Below, piece after piece: positions 26,095 to 35,312 of a stretch of DNA of 38,043 nucleotides (positions are counted from its first letter, which is position 1; each line of letters begins with the position of its first letter). The DNA is taken from positions 64,001-102,043 of IMG/VR virus record IMGVR_UViG_3300032245_001763. The stretch is one strand, 5' to 3'. The notes beneath the pieces are model-generated. The model was not told the DNA's origin and did not search any database. It saw only the letters and a list, made by a program, of their open reading frames with translations. The stretch comes from a virus. Taxonomy: Duplodnaviria; Heunggongvirae; Uroviricota; Caudoviricetes. A program made the translations under genes and the position numbers.

Positions 26095-26598
26095 ATGTTT
26101 AGATATGGTGAATTTCCAATTAACTTTGTTTTAGATAAAATAGAATATACTAATGTAAGAATTCCCATATCATTAAATGATAACACTTTATATGTAAGAA
26201 TGAATTCGCAAAGATATCATTTGTTTAAAAAGCAATTATTTTGTAATTCTTGTGGTCTAACTGGTGTTAAATTTTGTCTTGAAACAAGTGAAAAAAATAG
26301 TATTTATCCTCATTTTAATTTATATGCAGAAGAAAATGGAAATGAGGTCTTAATGACAAAAGATCACATTATTCCAAAATCAAAAGGTGGAAAAAACAAT
26401 CTTAAAAACTATGTTACAATGTGTTCTGTATGTAATTTTTTAAAAGACAATAAATTCATCACTTATGATCAAGTGTGTATTTTAAGAAAATTTTGGAACA
26501 CCAATGTTGTTCAAATGAGTAAAAAAGAGTTAATTTCTAATATAGAAACTTTAAGGTTGGATCTGGAACAATGCAATTTAAATCAACAGGAAAAATAA
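26095..26598 (+). CDS. HNH endonuclease (paralog of the upstream gene)
   Basis: CNSC...TKDHIIPKSKGGKNNLKNYVTMCSVCN. GGAG RBS before ATG 26095. Confidence 0.8.
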   Translation: MFRYGEFPINFVLDKIEYTNVRIPISLNDNTLYVRMNSQRYHLFKKQLFCNSCGLTGVKFCLETSEKNSIYPHFNLYAEENGNEVLMTKDHIIPKSKGGKNNLKNYVTMCSVCNFLKDNKFITYDQVCILRKFWNTNVVQMSKKELISNIETLRLDLEQCNLNQQEK

Positions 26599-26963
26599 AA
26601 TATTCACCTAAAACTCATAAGATTGATGATAAATGGTGGGTTGTTTTAGATTGTCAAGTAGATATAGGTAAATATTACAGAAATTTGTATGAATTATCTA
26701 CTTTCAAAACTGAAAAACTAAAAGTTCCATCATGGAAAGAACACATTACAATTGTGAGAAATGAAAAACCAGTTAACGAAGAAGTTTGGCGTGTGTACAA
26801 TGATAGAATTATAGAATTTGAATATAACACAATTCCCAGATGGAACGACCAATATTATTGGTTGGACGTAGAGTGTGATTTTTTTTATCAACTAAGAATT
26901 GAATTAGGTCTGCCTAAAGAACCAGAAATTCCATTTCATTTAACATTTGGAACTAAACTATGA
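26571..26963 (+). CDS. 2H phosphoesterase-like protein
   Basis: EHITIV and FHLTFG (two HxT motifs). Confidence 0.65.
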   Translation: MQFKSTGKIKYSPKTHKIDDKWWVVLDCQVDIGKYYRNLYELSTFKTEKLKVPSWKEHITIVRNEKPVNEEVWRVYNDRIIEFEYNTIPRWNDQYYWLDVECDFFYQLRIELGLPKEPEIPFHLTFGTKL

Positions 26964-27739
26964 TCATAAATTTTATTAGTATAATTTTGATTTGTGTAAC
27001 TTGCGTTATTGCTATCATCTATTTCTTTCAAGAATGCGAGCTTTGGGTATCTTCAGAACCAAAACTTGATGATAATAAGAAAGTTGATGAAAAACAGTCT
27101 AATGTGTCTGATGCGTCAAATGAACCATTTAGAAGACTTTCTGCTTTTAACAAAAAAATAGAAAGACTTCAGGAAGAGTTAAAGTTAGATAAAAAAAATC
27201 AACCAGATGATTCTCTTAACGAACTTTTGGTTATTAAAGAATTAATTGATTTTGAGTATACCAATAAATCTATAACCAAAAAAATATATACTGACTTTTT
27301 TAATGCCTTTGATGAAATACTATCTTTAATTGATGAATTTACAGATTTGGAAAAGATTATCAAAAAAAATAAAATAAAAGAAAAAGATTTAAAGACTTCA
27401 CATCAAGTTGTTGAAGAAAAATTCTCTAAGGAAATCAAAAAAGATTTTATTAAAAAACGAGAAGAAAATTTAGCTTTAATAGAAAATTTAACAAAAAGAT
27501 TGAGTGAATGTGTAAAGTCACAACTGTATGCATGCAATAAAGAAAACTTAAAAGAAGTGGAAAACTCCATTTCTCAATTTACAAATTCGTACGAAATACA
27601 TAAAAGAACAGAACTTGAATTGAACAAGTTTCAAAATGAAGTTGATGCTGAAGTAAAATCAGAAGAAAAAATATACCCAATTGATTTATCTTTAAATGTA
27701 GTTAAATTTGATGAAATTGCTAGAAAATTAAAAAGTTAA
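26960..27739 (+). CDS. Membrane-anchored coiled-coil protein
   Basis: N-terminal hydrophobic helix and an E/K-rich helical body. Confidence 0.55.
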   Translation: MIINFISIILICVTCVIAIIYFFQECELWVSSEPKLDDNKKVDEKQSNVSDASNEPFRRLSAFNKKIERLQEELKLDKKNQPDDSLNELLVIKELIDFEYTNKSITKKIYTDFFNAFDEILSLIDEFTDLEKIIKKNKIKEKDLKTSHQVVEEKFSKEIKKDFIKKREENLALIENLTKRLSECVKSQLYACNKENLKEVENSISQFTNSYEIHKRTELELNKFQNEVDAEVKSEEKIYPIDLSLNVVKFDEIARKLKS

Positions 27740-27758
27740 TTAGAAAGGTTTGTGTGTT

Positions 27759-28610
27759 ATGATTAGATTATTTAAGAGTATTGTAAAGTTTTTTTCCACA
27801 TTGTTATCTGGTCTTTCTGGTCTTATAACCAATAAGAATAAAAAGATGTTGAGAAACAAACATGTGATTGAAGAAAAAATCAATTCTATTATTGAAAAGA
27901 AAGAAAAAGAACTTAAAGAATATGTAGAGCTTGCTGGTGAGAATATTAAAATTCTTACAGAAAAAGAACAAGATTGTAAAAATTTGCAGATAGAAATTGA
28001 CAAATTGTTAACATTGAAAGAATATTCTTTAAATGAAGCTAAAAAAGTAGCCAATGAATTACTTGCAAAAAGTCAAGATCCAACTCAAAATAATGAATAT
28101 ATTAAGTATAAAGAAAATTACATTAAGGTTGAAAATTCTTTAAAAGAAAAAGAAGAAAGTTTGTCAAAAGTAAAAATTCTTGTTAAAGATTATTCTGAAA
28201 GAAGAGCTAAATATAAAGCTGGCTCTATAAGCAAAAGACAAGAAATAGAAGATTTGAAAACAAAGAAAACTAGTTTGAAAAATGAATTGCAAAATGCAAT
28301 TGAAGAACGTAGAATTTATGAAATGGAATCTGGAATTACATCATCATCTTATGATGAAGATCTAAAGGAACTTGAAAGTACAATTAAGAGTTATACAGCC
28401 GAAGCATCAGCTTTAAAAGATATTTCTGATGACGCAAATTCTAGTGCCATTTTATATTCTAAAATGGTTGAATCTTCTGTTAATAATTCAATTGGAAGTC
28501 AATTTGATTCTCTAATTTTAGATAAACCAAGTGAAGTTGTTTATCCACTTTTGATTCCTGCAACAGAAGATGGTTTGTTATTAGAAAATAAGAAAGAAAA
28601 TAATCAATGA
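27759..28610 (+). CDS. PspA/IM30-like coiled-coil protein
   Basis: Long helical hairpin after an amphipathic N-terminus (LFKSIVKFFSTLLSG). EA.A..D pattern near the C-terminus. Confidence 0.45.
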   Translation: MIRLFKSIVKFFSTLLSGLSGLITNKNKKMLRNKHVIEEKINSIIEKKEKELKEYVELAGENIKILTEKEQDCKNLQIEIDKLLTLKEYSLNEAKKVANELLAKSQDPTQNNEYIKYKENYIKVENSLKEKEESLSKVKILVKDYSERRAKYKAGSISKRQEIEDLKTKKTSLKNELQNAIEERRIYEMESGITSSSYDEDLKELESTIKSYTAEASALKDISDDANSSAILYSKMVESSVNNSIGSQFDSLILDKPSEVVYPLLIPATEDGLLLENKKENNQ

Positions 28611-29557
28611 ACGAAGTAGTAATGATATTAGGAGCACCAGCTTCTGGAAAAAGTACATATTCTAATCTTTATATTAAAAGAGATTATGTGTATTTAAATA
28701 GGGATAAAGTTGGTGGGAAAGTATCTGATTTACTTCCTAAACTAAATGGAGCATTAGCTGCTGGGTCTAAAGTTGTATTAGACAATTTATTTACTACAAA
28801 ACAATCCAGAAAAGAATTTATAGATTTATGTTTAAAATATAATGTTCCAATAAAATGTGTTTGGGTTTCAACTTCAATTGAAGACTGTCAAATTAATTTA
28901 CTATTCAGGATGCATAAAAAATATAAACAAATTTTTATGCATCCTGAAGATATAAAAAGTCATTCAGAAGCAAAAAAAGATCCAAATGTATATCCACCCG
29001 TGGTATTATTTAAATACAAAAAAGAATTTGAACCTCCAACAGAGTCAGAAGGTTTTTCCGAAATAGAAATTATTCCTTTTGTTAGAGAATATGATTCTAA
29101 ATTTAAAAATAAAGCTCTAATATTAGATTATGATGATACATTAAGAATTTCCAAGGGTGAAAAACAATATCCAATAAAAACAAGTGAAATAGAAATTCTT
29201 CCAAATAGAAGAGACAAAATTCTTGAATATAAAAATAATGGATATTTAATTTTAGGTGTATCAAATCAGTCTGGTGTGCATAAAAATATTTTTACATTAG
29301 AAGATGCACATGCTTGTTTTCAACATACAAATAAATTGCTTGATTTAGAAATAGATTATCAATTTTGTCCACATCAATCTACCCCTCCAGTTTGTTTTTG
29401 TAGAAAACCACAAAGTGGCAATGGTGTTAAATTAATTACTAAATATATGTTAAATCCAAAAGAATGTATATTTGTTGGCGATGCTACTACTGATAAAACT
29501 TTTGCTAAAAGAATTGGTTTTCAATATTATCATCCTGATGACTTTTTCAAAGTTTGA
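28607..29557 (+). CDS. Polynucleotide kinase/3'-phosphatase (PNKP): P-loop kinase + HAD IIIA phosphatase
   Basis: GAPASGKST, VVLDN, LDYDDT, SNQSG, CRKP and FVGD...D. Confidence 0.85.
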   Translation: MNEVVMILGAPASGKSTYSNLYIKRDYVYLNRDKVGGKVSDLLPKLNGALAAGSKVVLDNLFTTKQSRKEFIDLCLKYNVPIKCVWVSTSIEDCQINLLFRMHKKYKQIFMHPEDIKSHSEAKKDPNVYPPVVLFKYKKEFEPPTESEGFSEIEIIPFVREYDSKFKNKALILDYDDTLRISKGEKQYPIKTSEIEILPNRRDKILEYKNNGYLILGVSNQSGVHKNIFTLEDAHACFQHTNKLLDLEIDYQFCPHQSTPPVCFCRKPQSGNGVKLITKYMLNPKECIFVGDATTDKTFAKRIGFQYYHPDDFFKV

Positions 29558-29567
29558 TTGTACAATG
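29552..29567 (+). promoter_or_regulatory. Conserved 16-mer, copy 5 (overlaps the PNKP stop codon)
   Basis: Exact match. The motif's GTT TGA provides the final Val and the stop. Confidence 0.75.
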
Positions 29568-29582
29568 GAAAGAAAATTAACA

Positions 29583-29774
29583 ATGAATTATAATTATATG
29601 TTAAGATTAAAATATTGTTCTATACTATTTTTAATGTGTGGATTCATGATTGGATCTGCAATTCCAAAACATATTATTTTTTATATGGTTTCATCAATAA
29701 TTTTTTTAGTTTATTATTTTAAATTAATTAAATTAAACGAAAAAGAAAGACAATGTGACAAAAATGAATCTTAA
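29583..29774 (+). CDS. Small two-TM membrane protein
   Basis: Two hydrophobic segments. Start reassigned to downstream of the motif. Confidence 0.5.
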   Translation: MNYNYMLRLKYCSILFLMCGFMIGSAIPKHIIFYMVSSIIFLVYYFKLIKLNEKERQCDKNES

Positions 29775-30591
29775 TCCTGTATGGTTAATTGAAAAATATA
29801 TTTTTGATGAAAATGTAGATAGATTTAAATCAGTATTTTCAAAATATTCCATTAATTATAAATTAATGGAATATTTTCCATTTATGGATTTTAATCCTGA
29901 TGAAGTTTTTAGTCCTGATAAACTTGTTGTTTTTTATGGAAGTTTAAATTTTGCATCTAAAATAAAAAATAAAGCTAAGTGGATACCAGGTGTATGGGGT
30001 AATTTAAATAAGCTTAAATGTTCTTGTTATTATAATTATTATGGTAATTATTTACTTAATGATGATTATATAATGCTCCCTTATGGGGAATTAAAACGTA
30101 AAAAAGATTATTTGTTTAAGTTATTTGGAGATAATGATTTTATCTTTGTGAGACCAGATAGTGGTTTTAAAACTTTCACTGGTGATGTTGTAAATTACAA
30201 TAATTATGAAAAAGAAGTAGATTTTCTTGGATTTTATGATGTGGATGCATCTAATATCGTTGTTATATCTAGTCCAAAAAATATCGAAGAGGAATATCGA
30301 TTTATTTGTATTGACAAAAAAATTGTTACTGGATGCACCTATAAGATAAATAAAGAAAAAAATGAAATTGCTTCTTTTCCTAAAGAAGCAGAACAGTTTG
30401 CACAAGAAGTTGCTAATACTTGGCAACCTGAATCATGTTTTACAATTGATATTGCAAAACATGAAGGTAAATATAAATTATTAGAAATTAATTCTTTTAG
30501 TAGTTCTGGTTTTTATCAATGTGATATTGAAAAAATCGTATTGGCAGCAAACGAAATGGCTATTAAAGAATTTAATGAATATCTTGATTGA
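29755..30591 (+). CDS. ATP-grasp protein (DUF4343/R2K-like)
   Basis: FYGS, FVRPDSGFKTFTG, EEYRF, FTIDIA and LLEINSFSSSGFY. Confidence 0.8.
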   Translation: MTKMNLNPVWLIEKYIFDENVDRFKSVFSKYSINYKLMEYFPFMDFNPDEVFSPDKLVVFYGSLNFASKIKNKAKWIPGVWGNLNKLKCSCYYNYYGNYLLNDDYIMLPYGELKRKKDYLFKLFGDNDFIFVRPDSGFKTFTGDVVNYNNYEKEVDFLGFYDVDASNIVVISSPKNIEEEYRFICIDKKIVTGCTYKINKEKNEIASFPKEAEQFAQEVANTWQPESCFTIDIAKHEGKYKLLEINSFSSSGFYQCDIEKIVLAANEMAIKEFNEYLD

Positions 30592-30971
30592 ATATTAAAA
30601 TGTCTGACAAAAAGAAAATAAGAAAAGAATTTAGAGATGCTTGTTTAACTAGAGATAAATTTTGCTGCAAAGTTTGTGGCAAAAAAGGAAAAGATAGACA
30701 GGGTGGTGAATTACATTTGAAATTTCATTCAAAATCTCAAAATTTAATTGATCTTGATTGTCATCATATTCAAAATCGAAATGATATTCCAAATGGAGGA
30801 TACATTAAAGAAAATGGAATATCTTTATGTACTGATTGTCATATAAATGCTGAATTATATCACATTTCTGAAGGGAAAGAGTTTGTTCCTGGATTTCATC
30901 CAAATGATTTGTTTATATTAATTGGATCTTCTTTAGAAAAAGCAATTAATTTTTCAAAAAAAATAAAATAA
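30588..30971 (+). CDS. HNH endonuclease
   Basis: CKVC...HHIQNR...NGISLCTDCH. Confidence 0.75.
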   Translation: MNIKMSDKKKIRKEFRDACLTRDKFCCKVCGKKGKDRQGGELHLKFHSKSQNLIDLDCHHIQNRNDIPNGGYIKENGISLCTDCHINAELYHISEGKEFVPGFHPNDLFILIGSSLEKAINFSKKIK

Positions 30972-31033
30972 TTTAAAGTATTTTTATTGATTCAAACTAC
31001 TTTAAATTATTATTGATTAAAGAGGAACTTATT

Positions 31034-31603
31034 ATGGATAAAGATTGGCTTAATGATTTAGAACAAAATATTAAAGATACATTGGTTGAAAAAACAACTC
31101 CTGTAACTCAAGCAATTGGAATCAAAAGTGAAGAGAAAACTTCCGAAAGGCATAATTTTATGGAAAATATTACAAAAAATGAAAACACCACAATTATAAT
31201 GATAATTTTGGCATTAGCTGCTATAACCTATTTTGTGTGGCAAAATAAGCAACAAAATATGTTTGCTGATAGTTCGCCTATGAATATTCCTAACCAAAAT
31301 CTTCAGGATTATTCTAATGTACCACCTTGGTATAATAAGCAATTAGAACCGCAAGATGAATTGCAAAGAAAATATGAGGCAATTGATGCCGCCGCTAAAA
31401 AAATATGGGAAAGAACAAAATGGAATACTGATAAACTAATTTTACTATCAACAATCAATAATAACAATGTTTCTGTAATGCAGAATAATTATCCTAAAAG
31501 TGAATTGGTATATCTAAATCCAGATTGGACAATTAGTAAGATGCCAAAAGCTATTAAGCTTGATGAAGAAGATAGGTTGTTTTTACAAAAATTTCTTAGA
31601 TAA
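31034..31603 (+). CDS. Single-TM hypothetical protein
   Basis: GAGG RBS before ATG 31034. TM segment IIMIILALAAITYFVW. Confidence 0.6.
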   Translation: MDKDWLNDLEQNIKDTLVEKTTPVTQAIGIKSEEKTSERHNFMENITKNENTTIIMIILALAAITYFVWQNKQQNMFADSSPMNIPNQNLQDYSNVPPWYNKQLEPQDELQRKYEAIDAAAKKIWERTKWNTDKLILLSTINNNNVSVMQNNYPKSELVYLNPDWTISKMPKAIKLDEEDRLFLQKFLR

Positions 31604-31624
31604 ATTATAAAATCTATAAATTGT

Positions 31625-31655
31625 AAAAAAGCCATCTTTAAAGATGGCTTTTTTT
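31625..31655. terminator. Bidirectional intrinsic terminator-like palindrome between convergent genes
   Basis: AAAAAAGCCATCTTT|AAAGATGGCTTTTTT is a perfect 30-bp palindrome with A/T tracts on both sides. Confidence 0.75.
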
Positions 31656-31656
31656 A

Positions 31657-32367
31657 TTATATGGTGTTAAATCGATTTGTTTCTATACTATAAGTTCCAA
31701 AAGGATCATTTCTTGCTTTAACAACATATGAAATACAATTTGACAATTGAAAAGCTGTTTGTTTTGCAATTGTTTTGTCATTACGAATAGATTCAGAAAT
31801 TCTAATGTGCATACAATTTTTTTCTGAATCAAAATATTTGTTGTCAATATCATTTAATATTTGTGTTAAACAGTTATTTGATGCGTCGTTAAATATACTT
31901 ACACTTGAAGTTTTAAAAGCATTCAATTTAAGTGTTTGGCATTTTGTTAAAAATAAATATTTATAAAAATCTGCACATGTGATAGATTTATCATATCCAT
32001 TTGAAATTAATAAATCCATATTTCGATCAGTGATAAATTTATTTACTATACCACTTATGATGAATATCATGGGAATATGACCTAAATTTAAATAATTATT
32101 ATAAGAATTTATTATTGGATCATAAAATTCATCTTTAATAACTTCACATTTAATGTGATCTAAATTAAAACAATCAGCTTTATCTTTGAAGTAATCAAAA
32201 TGAAGTGATTTTTCCCAACCATGATTTACGATTCCAGTACATGATAATGTATCGATAATTGTTTCAGAGATAAAATCAGTATTTAGGTGTTTATTGCCAA
32301 ATGGTGCTATTATTACAACTGGAACATTTTTATTTATACTTTTAATATGACTAACTCTTAAAGACAT
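31657..32367 (-). CDS. Hypothetical protein (weak resemblance to the N-formylglutamate amidohydrolase-type N-terminus)
   Basis: VVIIAPFG...IVNHGW. The expected His (APHG) is absent. Confidence 0.45.
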   Translation of the reverse strand: MSLRVSHIKSINKNVPVVIIAPFGNKHLNTDFISETIIDTLSCTGIVNHGWEKSLHFDYFKDKADCFNLDHIKCEVIKDEFYDPIINSYNNYLNLGHIPMIFIISGIVNKFITDRNMDLLISNGYDKSITCADFYKYLFLTKCQTLKLNAFKTSSVSIFNDASNNCLTQILNDIDNKYFDSEKNCMHIRISESIRNDKTIAKQTAFQLSNCISYVVKARNDPFGTYSIETNRFNTI

Positions 32368-32402
32368 GTTTATCCTTTTTTTTGTTTAAAAATGTTATTC
32401 AA

Positions 32403-32418
32403 GTTTGATTGTACAATG
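32403..32418 (+). promoter_or_regulatory. Conserved 16-mer, copy 6 (upstream of the sigma-like gene)
   Basis: Exact match, about 50 nt before ATG 32468. Confidence 0.75.
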
Positions 32419-32467
32419 ATCTGCTGTTCATTCCGTATATTACTATTTAGATTGAGGAAAAATAAAA

Positions 32468-33430
32468 ATGAATAAAAATTCAACTTATATTGAACTTATT
32501 GAACATTTAGATTTAGATGAAAATCAAAAAAATGAACTTTGTATTATAATGTCTAATTCTAATCGTTTATCAAAAAGTTACCTTGATAGAATCAAAGAAA
32601 ATACTAAGTTTTCTATGGAAAAATTTATTTCCACCATAATTTCAGCACCAAGTGATGTTGATCTTAATGTTAATGGAGTAATTATTCCATCTTGCGATTT
32701 AAAAATCATCAAAAATGTTTCAGAAATTGAACATTTAGTGTTATCTAGTATTGGTGGTTTAATTTGCAAGTTGTCCAATAAGGCTTCAATGAATCCTTGT
32801 GGAACTCAATTAACGTTTGAAGATTATTATAATGAAGCTTACATGACTGCACGTAGAGCAGTTTATTCTTATACTGATTTGAGCATTAAATTTACAACTT
32901 TTGTTCAAAAATCAATTATGAATAAGTTTCATAACATCAATAATGCAAACAAAGCGTTATCTCCAATAACAAAATCTTCTAAATTATTACGAATTGAATA
33001 TTCAAAAATAAAGAAAAAGAATTCAAACTTGTCATTTGATGAAATTGTCAAAATTATGAATTTGGATGAAAAACAAATCAAATCATTAAAGGCGACAAAT
33101 TGTTTGGTTACTCCTATTTCTCAATTTGAAGATAAAGAAGTAAGTAGTTTTATTGATTCTGTACCAGATAAATCAATTAATATAATTTCAGAAATTGATA
33201 TACCAAAAATTTCTGATTTTGTTAAATCAGAAATGTCTGATTGGGATTATCAAGTATTTAATGCTTTTTTAACTGGACAACATGGTTGGGCATCTGAAGT
33301 TGCAAGTAAAAATATTAATCCAGAAACTGGATCTGCTTATTCTAGACGTGCTCCTAAAATTGCCTTAGATCGTGTTATTGAAAAGATTAAAACGAAATTC
33401 TTTTCTCGCGAATATAGTGAAGCGGCATAA
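32468..33430 (+). CDS. Divergent sigma-70-family RNA polymerase sigma factor-like protein
   Basis: Region-2-like EDYYNEAYMTARRAVYSY...KFTTFVQKSI, region-3-like SFDEIVKIMNLDEKQI, and C-terminal helix-turn-helix-like segment. Confidence 0.6.
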   Translation: MNKNSTYIELIEHLDLDENQKNELCIIMSNSNRLSKSYLDRIKENTKFSMEKFISTIISAPSDVDLNVNGVIIPSCDLKIIKNVSEIEHLVLSSIGGLICKLSNKASMNPCGTQLTFEDYYNEAYMTARRAVYSYTDLSIKFTTFVQKSIMNKFHNINNANKALSPITKSSKLLRIEYSKIKKKNSNLSFDEIVKIMNLDEKQIKSLKATNCLVTPISQFEDKEVSSFIDSVPDKSINIISEIDIPKISDFVKSEMSDWDYQVFNAFLTGQHGWASEVASKNINPETGSAYSRRAPKIALDRVIEKIKTKFFSREYSEAA

Positions 33431-33435
33431 TCTAA

Positions 33436-33468
33436 AAACTTGACTCGTATAATATACGAGTCAAGTTT
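33436..33468. terminator. Perfect 16-bp inverted repeat overlapping the 5' end of motif copy 7
   Basis: AAACTTGACTCGTATA-A-TATACGAGTCAAGTTT, 5 nt after the sigma-like stop. Confidence 0.65.
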
Positions 33469-33480
33469 GATTGTACAATG
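33465..33480 (+). promoter_or_regulatory. Conserved 16-mer, copy 7 (upstream of the RuvB-like gene)
   Basis: Exact match. Confidence 0.75.
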
Positions 33481-33512
33481 TTTGATTTACTATTGTTGCA
33501 AAGGAATTTTAA

Positions 33513-34616
33513 ATGACAGGTTTTTATATTCATCAAAAAGAACTAATTTGGTTTAATAAAGATGAAGAGGGTCCATCAGATCAAGAAAAATTAGAACTTA
33601 TTAGTCAAAATAATCCAGATAATCCATTTAACAATTTTGTTGGAAATGAAAATGGTGTAAGGCGTTTATTAAGAGCCGCTTATACAGCATTTGGAAGATA
33701 TAACAGATGTTGCAATGACCAAAATTTTGCTTTACTGGGTCCGGCTTCTGTTGGTAAAACTACTATGGCAAAAATGTATGCCAAATTAATTGGTATACCT
33801 TTTGTTGAAATTAGTCCAAAAAGAATTAATAAAATAAGTGATGTTATTCAATGTATTTCAGATGTGTTAAATAATGTCAGTGGAGTTTGGCAGGATTCAA
33901 GTGGTAATGAGTGGGAATACACTTTAAGTTTAGTTAATTTGGGTGATGGAAAGAGATTTTGTCCTCCGATTATTGTATTTATTGATGAGGTTCACGCATT
34001 AAAAAATGCAATTGTTCAAGGTTTATTGAAAGCTACAGAAAAAAAAGATGGAATATTAGTTGATGAAAATGGGATTCATTTAAATTGTACAAATGTTTGC
34101 TGGGTTGTTGCAACTACTGATAGAGGTCAACTGTTTGATGCATTTGATACTAGATTTACAAAAATTAATCTTGAGCCATATACACTTAATGAAATTTCAA
34201 AAATAATAAGTATTAATTATCCAGATTGGACTAATAAGGTTTGCGATTTAGTAGCAAAATATTCTGGTGGTGTTCCTAGAGAAGCTATAGCATTTGCTAA
34301 AGAAATGTGTTTAGAACATGCAATTAGACCAGATAGTTGGGAAAATATCGCATTAACTGTTGCAAAAGATAACAATATTGATGAACATGGAATGTCCTTT
34401 CAACGTTTAAAAATATTGAAGTTTTTAAAAGATGCACCTGTTCCAAAAAACAGATTAGCAATTACATTAAATTGCAAAGAAGAAGAATTAGAAAAATTTA
34501 TACTTCCTCCAATGTTGCAGTTTACTTTAGACAGAAATCCACTTATAACAGTAACCAGTAAAGGTTACACAATTACGGAAACTGGTTTGGAAGAATTAAG
34601 AAAAAGAGGATTTTAA
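33513..34616 (+). CDS. RuvB-like AAA+ ATPase (Holliday junction branch-migration helicase-like)
   Basis: LLGPASVGKTT, VFIDEVH, VATTDRG...DTRF, GVPREA and a C-terminal winged helix (ITVTSKGY). Confidence 0.75.
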   Translation: MTGFYIHQKELIWFNKDEEGPSDQEKLELISQNNPDNPFNNFVGNENGVRRLLRAAYTAFGRYNRCCNDQNFALLGPASVGKTTMAKMYAKLIGIPFVEISPKRINKISDVIQCISDVLNNVSGVWQDSSGNEWEYTLSLVNLGDGKRFCPPIIVFIDEVHALKNAIVQGLLKATEKKDGILVDENGIHLNCTNVCWVVATTDRGQLFDAFDTRFTKINLEPYTLNEISKIISINYPDWTNKVCDLVAKYSGGVPREAIAFAKEMCLEHAIRPDSWENIALTVAKDNNIDEHGMSFQRLKILKFLKDAPVPKNRLAITLNCKEEELEKFILPPMLQFTLDRNPLITVTSKGYTITETGLEELRKRGF

Positions 34617-34622
34617 AAATCA

Positions 34623-34805
34623 ATGAAACACGATCCTGTAACTATTGAATATTTCAACGCAACAAGAATAAGATATATTCTAGCTACATTAATGGAATAT
34701 ATTGAAGAAGTCGGTCCACGTGATTTACGTGGATTTAAAGATGAAATTCCAGATTTTTTGAACATCTTACCTGAATATAATCCTTTTGAAGATGATGATG
34801 AATGA
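34623..34805 (+). CDS. Hypothetical protein
   Basis: Operon spacing. Acidic C-terminus. Confidence 0.5.
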   Translation: MKHDPVTIEYFNATRIRYILATLMEYIEEVGPRDLRGFKDEIPDFLNILPEYNPFEDDDE

Positions 34806-35311
34806 AAAATAAAAACAGCAAACTTATTAAAGAAGTAATATTGTCTAATTTTGAAAGAAAAGTTTTTCTTTTATATCAAAATGGACATATTCAGATAGAA
34901 TCGTATGATTATAATAAAGATTATAATGATTTAGATCAAATTGATGAAATTTCATATTATGAAGATAATAATGGAAAAAAATTAAATCCTGTTTATGAAT
35001 CAATTTTTAATGATTATCCAAAAATAAATCTTTATTTACTTTTTGAATATTTTGAAAAAGTAAAAAAGGATAATCCAGAAATTGATCCAAAAGAAATAGT
35101 CCTTACATATAGACCTTCTTGTTATGCAAGTGAAGCATGTTATAGAATATCTCATTTTAGAGAAGAAACTGATGAAGAATATCAAGAAAGACTTTCTTTT
35201 TACGAAATGAAAAAATTACAAAGGCAGAAACGAAAAGAAGAAAAGAAGAAAATTTCTGTTGAAAATAAAAGAAAACAATATGAAAAGTTAAAAAAAGAAT
35301 TTGGTGATTAG
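34802..35311 (+). CDS. Hypothetical protein
   Basis: ATGA overlap. RE.TDEEY.ER followed by a basic tail. Confidence 0.55.
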   Translation: MKNKNSKLIKEVILSNFERKVFLLYQNGHIQIESYDYNKDYNDLDQIDEISYYEDNNGKKLNPVYESIFNDYPKINLYLLFEYFEKVKKDNPEIDPKEIVLTYRPSCYASEACYRISHFREETDEEYQERLSFYEMKKLQRQKRKEEKKKISVENKRKQYEKLKKEFGD

Positions 35312-35312
35312 A

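Noticed and set aside
33440-33453. TTGACT and TATAAT as a sigma-70 promoter
   Set aside because: The hexamers are only 2 bp apart rather than about 17.
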